NCBI GenBank assembly: GCA_002352465.1 | Contig: DEIN01000014.1 | Coordinates: 4,429 to 68,428, forward strand | From: Patescibacteria group bacterium UBA2773 | GTDB taxonomy: Bacteria > Patescibacteriota > Minisyncoccia > Moranbacterales > DUUL01 | Direction of reading: 5' to 3' | Length of the DNA stretch: 64,000 nucleotides | Shown here: positions 46,661 to 56,275 of the stretch, one piece after another | How the letters are laid out: each line of letters begins with the position of its first letter | Position numbering within the stretch: the first letter of the stretch is position 1 | Translations under genes and position numbers: made by a program | The notes under the pieces: generated by a model | Told to the model about the DNA's origin: nothing | Databases searched by the model: none | Seen by the model: only the letters and a program-made list of their open reading frames with translations

Positions 46661-49354
46661 TTAAAGTTTTCCCCAATTCTCCCCCACCGAAACCTCCACT
46701 TTCAAAGGAACTTTCAATTGATAAGCTTGCTCCATTGCTTCTTTAATTTCAACCGAAAATTTATCTACTAACTTTTCTTCAACCTCAAAAATCAATTCAT
46801 CATGAATTTGAAGAATCATTTTAACTTCTTCTTTTTCATAATTGACTAAAATCTTTTTCTCGACATTAATCATCGATTTTTTCATAATATCAGCCGCCAA
46901 TCCTTGAATAGGTAAATTGATTGCAATTCTTTCAGCTGCATTTTTAACTTGAAAATTACTAGAATTAATTCCTGCCACATATCGTCTCCGTCCCATTTCA
47001 GTTTCTACGTAACCATGTTCAACTGCATATTCTTTAGTTTTTTCTAAATATTTTTTCAAAACATTGAAATTTTTCATATACTGCTCAATAAAAAATTCAG
47101 CTCGTTCTTTTGAAACTCCACTATCTTGCATGAAACCATAAGTTCCCATCCCATACAAAACTCCAAAATTTAAAGATTTAGCTTCTTTTCGTTGTTCTTT
47201 CGTCACCTGCACCAGTTCAATTCCATTTACCCAAGCCGCTGTAGCCTGATGAATATCTCTATCATTTTCAAAAACTTCAATCATTCTTGGATCACTCGAA
47301 ACGTGAGCAGCTACTCGCAAATCAATTTGAGAATAATCCACCGCTACTAATTTTTTACCCTCATCAGCTACAAAGGATTTTCTAATCATCTGGGCCAATT
47401 CTCCTTTCCGAGGAATATTTTGCAAATTCGGCTCCGATGAAGACAGCCTTCCTGTCGCTGTAATAGTCTGATTAAAAGTAGTATGTATTCGATTGTCATC
47501 GCTAATCATTTTAGGCAAAGCATCAGCATAAGTTGTTTTTAATTTAAAAATCTCTCGATATTTTTCAACCTTAGCAATAATCAGATGTTTGTCTTTAATT
47601 TTATTTAATTGATCAGCATTAGTAGAAAATCCAGTTTTTCCTTTCTTGATTCCCACTGTTGAAATTCCCAATTTTTCATATAGAATCTTAGCCAACTGAC
47701 TCGGCGAATTAATATTAAATTCTTCTCCAGACAATTCAAAAATTTCTTGTTCTAACTTTTTAACTTTTTTATCAGTTATTTGAGAAACTTCTTCAAAAAT
47801 TTTCCTATCCACCCCCATTCCCCAAAATTCCATTTTAGCTAAAATTTTCATCAAAGGATTTTCTAACTGATTCAAAAGTTTTTTAAAGTTGCCTGCTTTT
47901 TTTTCAAGTTGTTTTCTACTAATCAAGTCAATCTTAATTTCATATTCTTTCTGTAATTTATAGATCCAAATCGCTTGTTCTAACAATTCTTTCTCCTCTA
48001 ATTCAGAAGTATCTACCAATAAACTGGCTTGACCGCTTTTGGTCGTTTTGTGTTTTAACTCTTCCCCAAATTCTTCAAAAATTATTTTCTCTAATTCATT
48101 TTTTGCTCCAGTATTTATCAGATAACTGGCCAGTTGAACATCAAAAAAATTATTCAAAAAATCTGTTTTATTGGTTTGAGCTTTTTTAACAAAATAGTTC
48201 AAACTGCTTTTAATGTCATACCCAATTTTTAAAATTTCAGAATTTTCAAAAATTTTGCCCATTTTTTTTGCCCATTTTTCATCCAAAAAATATTTTTCAA
48301 ATTTATTACCGATCTTCAAAGCCAATCCAATTTTTTCAAGTTCTTTACTTTCTTTTTTGTTTTTAAAAGCAACAGCGATTTTTTTGGCTTTCAAAATCAC
48401 CTCAAACATTTCTTCCCAATCATTTTTATTTTTAATATTTTTGTAATTTTCCATTTTAAATGATTTTTGACTTTGAAAATTATCTCCATTAAAAAATCTT
48501 TTTAATAAAGATTTAAACTCCAAATCAACCAAAAATTGACGAAATTTTTTATTATTATTAAAATCTTTTTTCAAGCAACTTTCCAAATCAAAATCAATTT
48601 TCATATCTTGCTTAATTTCTGCCAATTCTTGACTTAAAAAAGCTCTGTTTTTATCGTTTTCTAATTTCTTCTTAACCGCCTTAGATTTAATTTTATCTAA
48701 ATTTTCATAAAGGTTTTCCAAGGTTCCAAAATCCAAAATTAAATCAGTCGCCGTTTTATCTCCCACTCCAGCCACTCCTGGAATATTGTCACTAGGATCT
48801 CCTCGCAAAGCCTTATAATCAACCACTTGACTAGGATTAATTTTGTATTTTTCAATCACCTTCTCCTCATCAAAAATCACGGCGTCATTAATTCCTCGCC
48901 CCAAAGTAAAAATTTTAGTATTATCGTTGACTAATTGTAAGGTATCCTTATCTCCTGTCACAATATATTTTTCAATCTCACTATTGCTATTCAAAGCCTT
49001 AGAAATACTGCCAATCACATCATCAGCCTCAAACCCTTCGGCTTGATAAACTGGAATATCACAAGATTTCAAAAATTGTCGCACTAAAGGAATTTGAGCA
49101 TACAAATCATCCGGCGCCTTTTTTCGATTAGCCTTGTATTCAAAATATAAATTATGCCGAAAAGTTTTCTTAGGTAAATCGAAAGTTGCCACAATATAAT
49201 CTGGTTTAACTTGCTCCACTGCATTATTTAAAGTCGTGATATAACCATAAACCGCGTTAACCAAAACTCCCTTTTTAGTCGTAAACGGAGGCAAAGCGTG
49301 ATAAGCCCGATGAATTAAAGCGTTGGAATCAATTATTAAAATTTTTTTAGGCAT
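46661..49354 (-). CDS. polA: DNA polymerase I
   Basis: 897 aa with an N-terminal 5'-3' exonuclease domain and a C-terminal family-A polymerase domain (RRxAKxxNFGxxYG, HDELxxE). Confidence 0.9.
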   Translation of the reverse strand: MPKKILIIDSNALIHRAYHALPPFTTKKGVLVNAVYGYITTLNNAVEQVKPDYIVATFDLPKKTFRHNLYFEYKANRKKAPDDLYAQIPLVRQFLKSCDIPVYQAEGFEADDVIGSISKALNSNSEIEKYIVTGDKDTLQLVNDNTKIFTLGRGINDAVIFDEEKVIEKYKINPSQVVDYKALRGDPSDNIPGVAGVGDKTATDLILDFGTLENLYENLDKIKSKAVKKKLENDKNRAFLSQELAEIKQDMKIDFDLESCLKKDFNNNKKFRQFLVDLEFKSLLKRFFNGDNFQSQKSFKMENYKNIKNKNDWEEMFEVILKAKKIAVAFKNKKESKELEKIGLALKIGNKFEKYFLDEKWAKKMGKIFENSEILKIGYDIKSSLNYFVKKAQTNKTDFLNNFFDVQLASYLINTGAKNELEKIIFEEFGEELKHKTTKSGQASLLVDTSELEEKELLEQAIWIYKLQKEYEIKIDLISRKQLEKKAGNFKKLLNQLENPLMKILAKMEFWGMGVDRKIFEEVSQITDKKVKKLEQEIFELSGEEFNINSPSQLAKILYEKLGISTVGIKKGKTGFSTNADQLNKIKDKHLIIAKVEKYREIFKLKTTYADALPKMISDDNRIHTTFNQTITATGRLSSSEPNLQNIPRKGELAQMIRKSFVADEGKKLVAVDYSQIDLRVAAHVSSDPRMIEVFENDRDIHQATAAWVNGIELVQVTKEQRKEAKSLNFGVLYGMGTYGFMQDSGVSKERAEFFIEQYMKNFNVLKKYLEKTKEYAVEHGYVETEMGRRRYVAGINSSNFQVKNAAERIAINLPIQGLAADIMKKSMINVEKKILVNYEKEEVKMILQIHDELIFEVEEKLVDKFSVEIKEAMEQAYQLKVPLKVEVSVGENWGKL

Positions 49355-49571
49355 AATTTAAAATAGTTGTTTACCCTCAACAACATTCTACTATAATAAG
49401 AACACTTTTAGAAGATAAAAAAGTAAAAAAATAATTTATAACTTACATTAAATTTTCAATTACTTAATTTTCAATTTTTGAACCTTAAGCAAGCTTTGCT
49501 TGTTATTATAAATTTTTAAATTAAAAATTTATTGTAAATTATAAATTGGTTTATTGTAAATTGTAAATTAT

Positions 49572-50741
49572 TTAATAGTGGATTACTATCGGGGTTCCTG
49601 TTTCTGAAAATTCATAGACCTTCTTTGCCGGTCCCACTCCCAACCTCACGCACCCATGTGAAACTGGAATTCCCAAGTGATTTGCACCTTCTTTATAGCC
49701 TCCAGGCCATTCTGGAAGCTCATGAATTCCATGACCCTTGCTAGTAAATTGCATAAACCATGGCATATACAAACCATATTTTTCTGACCAAGGTCTCCGA
49801 GCCTTCGCCATAATTTTAAACTCTCCCGTTGGAGTATTCATTCCTCTTATACCAGTCGAAACCTTATAAGCTCCTAATTCCTTCCCATCTTCAAAAATAT
49901 ATAGATTCTGTTCCGCCAAATTAATATCAATATATCGACCAACTGCTATTCGAGAATCGGCTAAACTTAATCGTTTTTCAGTTCTAGTTGGCACACCTGC
50001 ACTATTCCAACCATAGATGACTATTGGCGACTTTTTGGTTCTAAAAAATGTTTTAACAATTTCTTGACTAAAATCTGAATAATTTCGACTTCTTATCTCA
50101 ACTGTTAATTTGTATTCAGTGTCAAAATCCAAATCGTTAATCGGCTTAATAATTAATTTATTTTCTTCATCCGTTTCAATGCTTTCAAATTCAAAAATTG
50201 GTTCAGTTTTTATTTTCAAATAATATTGACTAGCCAAAGATTCTTTAAATTCAAATATAATTTCTTCTCGAAGTTCCTTATTAATTTCGCCCTTAACTGG
50301 ATAAATATTTTTAACTTCAGGCAAAAAATCGGTCGAAAAAACTTTTTCTCCAGCTTCATTTAATATTCCCCATTTACTTTTGAAACTTTTTATTTTTAAT
50401 TTATAATTTAAATTCGGAACCAAATCATCCATTACAAACAACTGTAATTGATGGTTATTAATCCAATTACTTTTGAAATTAAGTTTTGGTTCAATCGTTA
50501 AATTCTCCATTACACTTCTCTCTTGAACTGGTCCACTAAAAGAAACCACGATTTGATCACCTTTGATAATCTGATTAGGTTCTTTAATTGTTCGAAGTTG
50601 ACCAAAAAATTTAAAATCTAACTCGACTTTTTTTTCTTTCCAAAAAGTAATTCCAAAAATAGCGCCTACTAAAAAAAACAAAATTGTTATTAACAAAATA
50701 GTTGTTCTATCAAATAATTTTTTATTTCTTCTTCCGACCAT
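49572..50741 (-). CDS. L,D-transpeptidase (YkuD domain) with N-terminal TM and beta-rich domains
   Basis: Catalytic HGCVRL motif near the C-terminus. Confidence 0.7.
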   Translation of the reverse strand: MVGRRNKKLFDRTTILLITILFFLVGAIFGITFWKEKKVELDFKFFGQLRTIKEPNQIIKGDQIVVSFSGPVQERSVMENLTIEPKLNFKSNWINNHQLQLFVMDDLVPNLNYKLKIKSFKSKWGILNEAGEKVFSTDFLPEVKNIYPVKGEINKELREEIIFEFKESLASQYYLKIKTEPIFEFESIETDEENKLIIKPINDLDFDTEYKLTVEIRSRNYSDFSQEIVKTFFRTKKSPIVIYGWNSAGVPTRTEKRLSLADSRIAVGRYIDINLAEQNLYIFEDGKELGAYKVSTGIRGMNTPTGEFKIMAKARRPWSEKYGLYMPWFMQFTSKGHGIHELPEWPGGYKEGANHLGIPVSHGCVRLGVGPAKKVYEFSETGTPIVIHY

Positions 50742-50854
50742 TTTTCTTTATTTTAAAAAATTTTCAACGTCTCTCACCATCACACACTAAAAATATTATA
50801 GCACTATTTTTTCTACCATTCACTGAAGAATAGTAGAATTTAAAAGTTCGGAGT

Positions 50855-51808
50855 CTATCCAATTTGAACAAAGAAATTCTCTAATAACAATCTTTCATTC
50901 GCACTTTGATTGCTTCTTGAAATTTCTCTAACTCGATCTAATTGTTTAGAAATTTCAAAAACTTTTTTTTGAACTCGAATATCTTTATCTTCCAAAATAT
51001 TTTGTTTCAAAAAACTACTCAAATAATAATTCCAATCAACCAAATATTCAGCAAACAATCTTCGATCTTTAGTTTCGTCATGAGCGATCTGAAACCCAAC
51101 TTTCAAGTCTCCTCTCAAAGCATTTTTAAAATCTTCCAACTTCCCTAGACGCTGTTCTCGATAATCAATCTCTACCAAAAATCTCTCCGCTTCCTTAATC
51201 CGACCTCGAGCTAAAAAAACAATATTTTCCAATAACTTTTCGTCCAATTCATTTCCTTGCTGTTTTAAAAATTGTCGAATTTCTTGCTCACTTTTTAAAT
51301 TAAAATAAATTTTCTGACAACGCGATTTAACCGTATCCAAAACGCCACCCTCACCAGAAGCCGTAAAAATTACCACCGAATTGCCAGACAGCTCTTCTAC
51401 AGTTTTTAACAAACTATTGGCCGCCGTGATAGTTAGCTTTTCAATCGAATTAATTATTAAAAATTTTCTGGAAGATTCCTGAGGATAATAGCTAAACATT
51501 TTCAAAGCCTCCGAGACTTGACCAACTGAAATTTGCTTTTCTCTAGTTTTTCCTTTTTTTTCTTCAATTACTGGCTTGACCAAAATTACATCTGGATGAG
51601 CGCCCATTTCAATTAATTTTCTTTGACCTCTTAATTTTTCATCTAATTCCAAAAAATCAAAAGCTAAATCAAGTTTGCCCGTTCCGCGAGGACCGATGAA
51701 GAGATAGGCACCCGAAAGCTTGTTCTGGTTATATATTTTGGTTAATCTATCCCAAACGTTTTTATTTATATTTTCAGCTTTAATCATTTTAACCGCTTTA
51801 ATTTTCAA
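50855..51808 (-). CDS. holB: DNA polymerase III delta-prime subunit
   Basis: AYLFIGPRGTGK P-loop-like motif and SRCQ motif. Confidence 0.65.
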   Translation of the reverse strand: MKIKAVKMIKAENINKNVWDRLTKIYNQNKLSGAYLFIGPRGTGKLDLAFDFLELDEKLRGQRKLIEMGAHPDVILVKPVIEEKKGKTREKQISVGQVSEALKMFSYYPQESSRKFLIINSIEKLTITAANSLLKTVEELSGNSVVIFTASGEGGVLDTVKSRCQKIYFNLKSEQEIRQFLKQQGNELDEKLLENIVFLARGRIKEAERFLVEIDYREQRLGKLEDFKNALRGDLKVGFQIAHDETKDRRLFAEYLVDWNYYLSSFLKQNILEDKDIRVQKKVFEISKQLDRVREISRSNQSANERLLLENFFVQIG

Positions 51809-51884
51809 TTCACAATTTTCAATTTACAATCAATTCACAATTTTCAATTTTTCCGCCTCGGCTAGCCTTGGCGAGACGGGCAAT

Positions 51885-52018
51885 CAATTTACAATGACTT
51901 AATTTTAAATCAATTTTTAATTTTATAATTTTTAATTTTGTAAATAAATCCTAAATCTAAAATCTAAAACACCCGCTCAATTTTGCTTGTCATTCCCGCG
52001 TAGGCGGAAATCCAGTCC
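51885..52018. repeat. AT-rich repeat ending in a degenerate ATTCCCGCG-TAGGCGGAAAT hairpin (copy B2)
   Basis: AATGACTTAATTTTAAATC module plus CTTGTCATTCCCGCGTAGGCGGAAATCCAG. It lies between the stop of the KAP-family gene and the holB start. Confidence 0.5.
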
Positions 52019-52023
52019 AATTT

Positions 52024-53481
52024 TCAATAATTCTCTTTTGTATATTTTTTTCTCAATACATATTCGCTCAACAAATCAAAAAACAATTCGGATATATCTA
52101 CCGATAGCTTGCTATCCGGTCCCACGAATTTAGAAACTTTTTTAACTCTATCGCCTTCAATCCTCACGGAATATGCATTCCATTTATCTTGAAAAACGTC
52201 TTTATTCTCATCAAATGGCTGTATTAACTTCAAAAGATAATAAGAAAATACTTCCAAAGCTTTTTCAATATTTCTTTCTTTTTTGGTATTATTTTTTATT
52301 TTATTTAATACTAAAATAAAATCGATTTCCATTCCGCCAAAAACTGAAACCAATGTTTCAATACTAACATTTATCCATTGAATAATGCTTGCTTCTCTAT
52401 TATCACAATCACTCTTTCTGCAGTTTGTGTTTCTCAGGGTTGGTATCTGATATTTAACACCTTTTAGTATTTGTCGTAAATCTATTTTTTCTTTTCCTTC
52501 CAACTTCAACGATTCTAATAAAATAGCTTTTAGAATAATCCTCAAAAAACCAGTCTCTCCCAACGCATTATTTAAATATCCCGTTCCTTCTATTTGAAAA
52601 TTCGAAATAATCTCATCGATTGCTTTTGCAACAATATCCTCATTTTTAAATTGAAAAATTTCAAAACTAAAAAACTTATTAAAGTATCCTGAAAAATCAG
52701 TTTCAGAGCCATATTTGTGTTTGAATATACTTTGTAAGTTTGTTATATCAGCCACAATAATAATTTTGTCAAAACCAAATTTATTTGGTAACTCTTTATT
52801 TTCTGAATTAAAATGAGCAGAAAAAATATTTAAAATTCTAAAAATATTTTCTGGATCAATTCTCTCTAAATCGTCCAAAATCAAAACACTTTTTTTATTT
52901 CCTTTTTGTTCTTTTATTTTTTTTCTTAATAATTCGCTTAATAAATCCGTTTCCGAAACATTTTTTTCCTTAATTTCATTTATGAATTTATCAACAATGC
53001 CTTTTTCGCCAGATTCCATTTTATTTTTAAATTTCCAAAATTTTTCGGTCAAAACGACAATTTCATTCAATGGTCTTCCTATTTTTGAAATATTCGACAC
53101 TCCTGTTTTAAATATCTCCATAAAATTATCTTTTCCCCAAAGATACAAAAGGCGCTGCATATCGATTAAACTAGTATAATCGTTCTCTTCAATAATTTTT
53201 TCGTTTTTTTTAATCAATTCAATTAAAATATCATATTTCAAAAATTCAATAATATTTTCATTTAAATTAATTTGATAATCAACAGGGCTCAAATGAAAAA
53301 CTTCATATTTATCTTTTTTACTTTCAAAAAATTTATTCAAAAAATAAGTTTTTCCAATTCCAAATTTTCCAGAAAAAACAATTCTGTTATTATTTCCAAT
53401 GCCTAAATGCTCTAAAAATTTTGGAAATAAATCATTAATTTTTATTTTAAATTCTACTTTTTCGTTTTTTTCATCTTCCAT
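52024..53481 (-). CDS. KAP-family P-loop NTPase
   Basis: Walker A GKFGIGKT and Walker B VLILDDLERIDPEN (the DDLDR signature of KAP NTPases). No TM insert is evident. Confidence 0.55.
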   Translation of the reverse strand: MEDEKNEKVEFKIKINDLFPKFLEHLGIGNNNRIVFSGKFGIGKTYFLNKFFESKKDKYEVFHLSPVDYQINLNENIIEFLKYDILIELIKKNEKIIEENDYTSLIDMQRLLYLWGKDNFMEIFKTGVSNISKIGRPLNEIVVLTEKFWKFKNKMESGEKGIVDKFINEIKEKNVSETDLLSELLRKKIKEQKGNKKSVLILDDLERIDPENIFRILNIFSAHFNSENKELPNKFGFDKIIIVADITNLQSIFKHKYGSETDFSGYFNKFFSFEIFQFKNEDIVAKAIDEIISNFQIEGTGYLNNALGETGFLRIILKAILLESLKLEGKEKIDLRQILKGVKYQIPTLRNTNCRKSDCDNREASIIQWINVSIETLVSVFGGMEIDFILVLNKIKNNTKKERNIEKALEVFSYYLLKLIQPFDENKDVFQDKWNAYSVRIEGDRVKKVSKFVGPDSKLSVDISELFFDLLSEYVLRKKYTKENY

Positions 53482-53536
53482 TTTATTTTCTTAACCTTTT
53501 TGAATTAATCTTAATTTTGAAAATTAAAAATCGATT

Positions 53537-53608
53537 ATTATAAATTATAAATTTTCGTATACATCATAGTATACATTACAAACACATCTATAGAAACCAC
53601 TAAAAACA
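53537..53608 (-). CDS. Putative 23-codon leader ORF (MFLVVSIDVFVMYTMMYTKIYNL)
   Basis: The ATG lies 6 nt after GGGGGAGGA, which is part of the shared hairpin element. A double stop (TAA TAA) ends it about 50 nt before the ATG of the KAP-family gene. Confidence 0.3.
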
Positions 53609-53611
53609 TTT

Positions 53612-53652
53612 TTTCCTCCCCCTTTTGTAAAGGGAGACTGAGGGGGTTTTAA
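53612..53652 (-). promoter_or_regulatory. 40-nt hairpin element that contains a Shine-Dalgarno site (copy C2)
   Basis: 38/40 identical to 3972-4012. Here it precedes the 23-codon ORF rather than mraZ. Confidence 0.45.
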
Positions 53653-53733
53653 AATTTAAAATTAAACCATTCAAAATTGATTCAAAATTTATAATGTCCT
53701 TTGGGTGCAAAATTAAAGATTACAAAATTATTT

Positions 53734-53787
53734 ATCATGTACATCATAGTGTACACTACAGACGCGTCTATAGAAACCGCTAAATTC
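53734..53787. promoter_or_regulatory. Operator-like palindromes inside a 50-bp direct repeat (second copy of the unit at 53553-53606)
   Basis: TGTACAtcatagTGTACA followed by AGACGCGTCT, upstream of the leader ORF and KAP-family gene. The first copy (53553-53606, with GTATAC atcata GTATAC) overlaps the leader ORF. Confidence 0.35.
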
Positions 53788-53828
53788 TGAAAAAATCCCG
53801 TCGATGACCGATTGCTAATGACTGATGA

Positions 53829-54998
53829 CTATTTTGATTTCTCCACAAATTTCTTCAACTCTTTTTCAAACTTACTCCTACTGAATTTCTCCGCTTGTTT
53901 CCTAATTTTCTTAAAATCAAATTTCCTCTCATCTTCAACAAATCTCCTCACTCCGTCAGCGATCATTTCCACCTCTGGTTTATCAAAAAACACTCCTGTT
54001 TGCCCTTCGATCACCGTTTCTATCAATCCTCCTCTTTCCAAGGCAATTACCGGTTTTCCCGCTGCCATGGCTTCTACTGGAGCAATTCCGAAATCATCTT
54101 CACAAACAAAAACAAAAGCTCGAGCATTCTCATAAAACTTAATCAATCGAGCTCGGCCTACTCCACTAATTATTTTAATTTTATTAGAGTTTTTGGCTTC
54201 TTTAATTTTTTCTTCTAATCGCTTTTTTTCTGGACCCTCTCCAACAATTATCAACGGCAAGCCCAACTTGTCAAAAGCCTCAATTAAAATATTGATTCGT
54301 TTATAAGCCGAAAGCCTGGAAACTGTCAAAAAATAACCTTTATTCCTGCTCGTTGCTTTAAACTCATCAACTGCTACTGGAGGATAAATTACTTGACTGT
54401 CCCGATTGTAATATTTTTGAATTCTCGCTTGAGTATATTTTGAATTAGCAATCAAAAAGTCCGGTCGCTGCGCCGAAGCTCGGTCCCACATTCGTAAATA
54501 ATTCAAAAACAATCGAGTAAAAAATTTAATCCTACCTTTGAGATGATTTTCTTCTAAATATTGATGACTCCAATCCCAAACATATCGCAATGGTGAATGC
54601 ATATAGCAAATATGAGTAGTTTTAGATTTAACCACAATTCCTTTAGAGAATGCACCAGAAGATGAAATCACTAAATCATAATCCCGAAAATCTAGAATTT
54701 CAACCGCCGTTGGCATAAAAGGCAATAACCATTTTCTTCGATTTCTAAAAAATTTAGGAAATTTTTGTAAAAAGCTAGTTTGAACTTGTCTTTTTTTCAA
54801 CCAACTAAATTCTGAATTTTTAAGAATTTTTTTATCAGAAATCAAAGCAAAAATATCTGCTTTTTTATAAATTCCCGCTATTACGCCCAAAACACTTTCC
54901 GCTCCCCCGACATTCGTTAAAAAATCGTGCACTAACGCAACTCTATTTCCAGATTCTCTAGAATCTGTCCGCCTATGACAAATGATTTTTTCTTTCAT
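53829..54998 (-). CDS. GT4-family glycosyltransferase
   Basis: C-terminal GT-B region with the EX7E-like pattern (GFGIAPVEAMAAGKPVIA). Confidence 0.7.
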   Translation of the reverse strand: MKEKIICHRRTDSRESGNRVALVHDFLTNVGGAESVLGVIAGIYKKADIFALISDKKILKNSEFSWLKKRQVQTSFLQKFPKFFRNRRKWLLPFMPTAVEILDFRDYDLVISSSGAFSKGIVVKSKTTHICYMHSPLRYVWDWSHQYLEENHLKGRIKFFTRLFLNYLRMWDRASAQRPDFLIANSKYTQARIQKYYNRDSQVIYPPVAVDEFKATSRNKGYFLTVSRLSAYKRINILIEAFDKLGLPLIIVGEGPEKKRLEEKIKEAKNSNKIKIISGVGRARLIKFYENARAFVFVCEDDFGIAPVEAMAAGKPVIALERGGLIETVIEGQTGVFFDKPEVEMIADGVRRFVEDERKFDFKKIRKQAEKFSRSKFEKELKKFVEKSK

Positions 54999-56095
54999 TT
55001 CAAATTCTGTTTAAAATTTAGTAACACTTCCGCTGTTTCTTCCCCACATTTATTCCAAGAAAATCTTTTAATATTTTCATTGCCTTTGATAATCATTTTT
55101 TTTCTAAATTCTTTGTCCTGCAAAAGTTTAGCTGAAACCTTAGCAATATCAGTTGGTTTATGTGGATTAGCCAACATTCTTTTAGAGTTAACTATTTCAT
55201 CCATTGGTCCCATATCCGATGTAACAACTGGAACACCCACTGATTGCGCTTCTAAAATTGGTAATCCGAATCCTTCGCACAAAGATGGAAACATAAATAA
55301 ATTAGTATTTTTCATCAAAACCAACCGATCCGCATCACTAACATAACCTTTTACAACAATATCTTTGTAAAAATCAGAATTTTTTATCAAACGATTAATC
55401 TTAAAAAAATCATAACCCGGCTTCCCAGCCAAAACTAATTTTCCGGCATAATCATATTCTTTTTTTAAAATCTCAAAAGCCTTTATTATTCCCTCGATGT
55501 TTTTTCTTTTTTCAACTCGGCCAATGAATAATAAATAAGAATAACTTGGTTTTTTCCCTTCCTGCTCTCCTTTAAAAATATCAGTAAAACCATTATAAAC
55601 CACCTCTATTTTTCTCCTTGGTGCTTGATACATTTTGCCCAAATCATCCTTAGTATTTTCTGAAATAGCAATAATTTTCTTGGCCCAAAGACAACTTTTT
55701 TTAATAAAAAATCGATGAAACCAACGAGAATATAAAGAATAACTCTCAGGACAATGTTCATACTCCAAACCATGGACCGTGACGACTGAATTCTTTGGAT
55801 GAATCCAAGGCACAGTGTGAGCGGGAACAAACAAAACATCTGGCGAATTAGTTAAAAATTCCCAAGCCATCCCAATTTGAGTCCAAAAATATTTAAACGG
55901 AATTTCTCGAGCCTCCCATTTTTTAGGAATACTAAAAGCTTTTTCCAACTTAACTTTTCCTCCTGGTCGCAAATACAAAATCACCTCGTGATCTTTTAAA
56001 TCTTTCCGCAGACTTTTGACTATTTGATAAGTATATTCCTCAATCCCAGTTTTTTTATCCAAAAAAGCTCGGGAAGCATCTATAGCAATTTTCAC
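54995..56095 (-). CDS. GT4-family glycosyltransferase
   Basis: EGFGLPILEAQSVGVPVVTS motif; overlaps the next glycosyltransferase gene by 4 nt. Confidence 0.7.
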   Translation of the reverse strand: MKIAIDASRAFLDKKTGIEEYTYQIVKSLRKDLKDHEVILYLRPGGKVKLEKAFSIPKKWEAREIPFKYFWTQIGMAWEFLTNSPDVLFVPAHTVPWIHPKNSVVTVHGLEYEHCPESYSLYSRWFHRFFIKKSCLWAKKIIAISENTKDDLGKMYQAPRRKIEVVYNGFTDIFKGEQEGKKPSYSYLLFIGRVEKRKNIEGIIKAFEILKKEYDYAGKLVLAGKPGYDFFKINRLIKNSDFYKDIVVKGYVSDADRLVLMKNTNLFMFPSLCEGFGLPILEAQSVGVPVVTSDMGPMDEIVNSKRMLANPHKPTDIAKVSAKLLQDKEFRKKMIIKGNENIKRFSWNKCGEETAEVLLNFKQNLK

Positions 56096-56179
56096 AAAAT
56101 TATTAATTCAAAATTTAAAACGCAAAACTCAAAATTATCCAAATAAACATTCAATACCCAACGTTCAACATCCATTCAA

Positions 56180-56262
56180 CAACCAATTTCTCAATATTCA
56201 ATCTACTGAATATTGAATAATTGAATATTGAATGAATGTTGATTATTGAATATTGGATATTT
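56180..56262. repeat. ATTGAATATTG-type repeat cluster with a 9-bp inverted repeat CAATATTCA/TGAATATTG
   Basis: Directly downstream of the gatB stop; related to 12262-12307. Confidence 0.45.
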
Positions 56263-56275
56263 CAAAATTTCTAAT

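Noticed and set aside
53734-53830. Possible second leader ORF read through the second copy of the 50-bp direct repeat (…AVSIDASVVYTMMYMINNFVIF…)
   Set aside because: This frame has no ATG with an RBS until late (MMYMIN…) and overlaps the glycosyltransferase stop region. The resemblance to the 23-codon ORF probably reflects the nucleotide duplication, not a second translated peptide.
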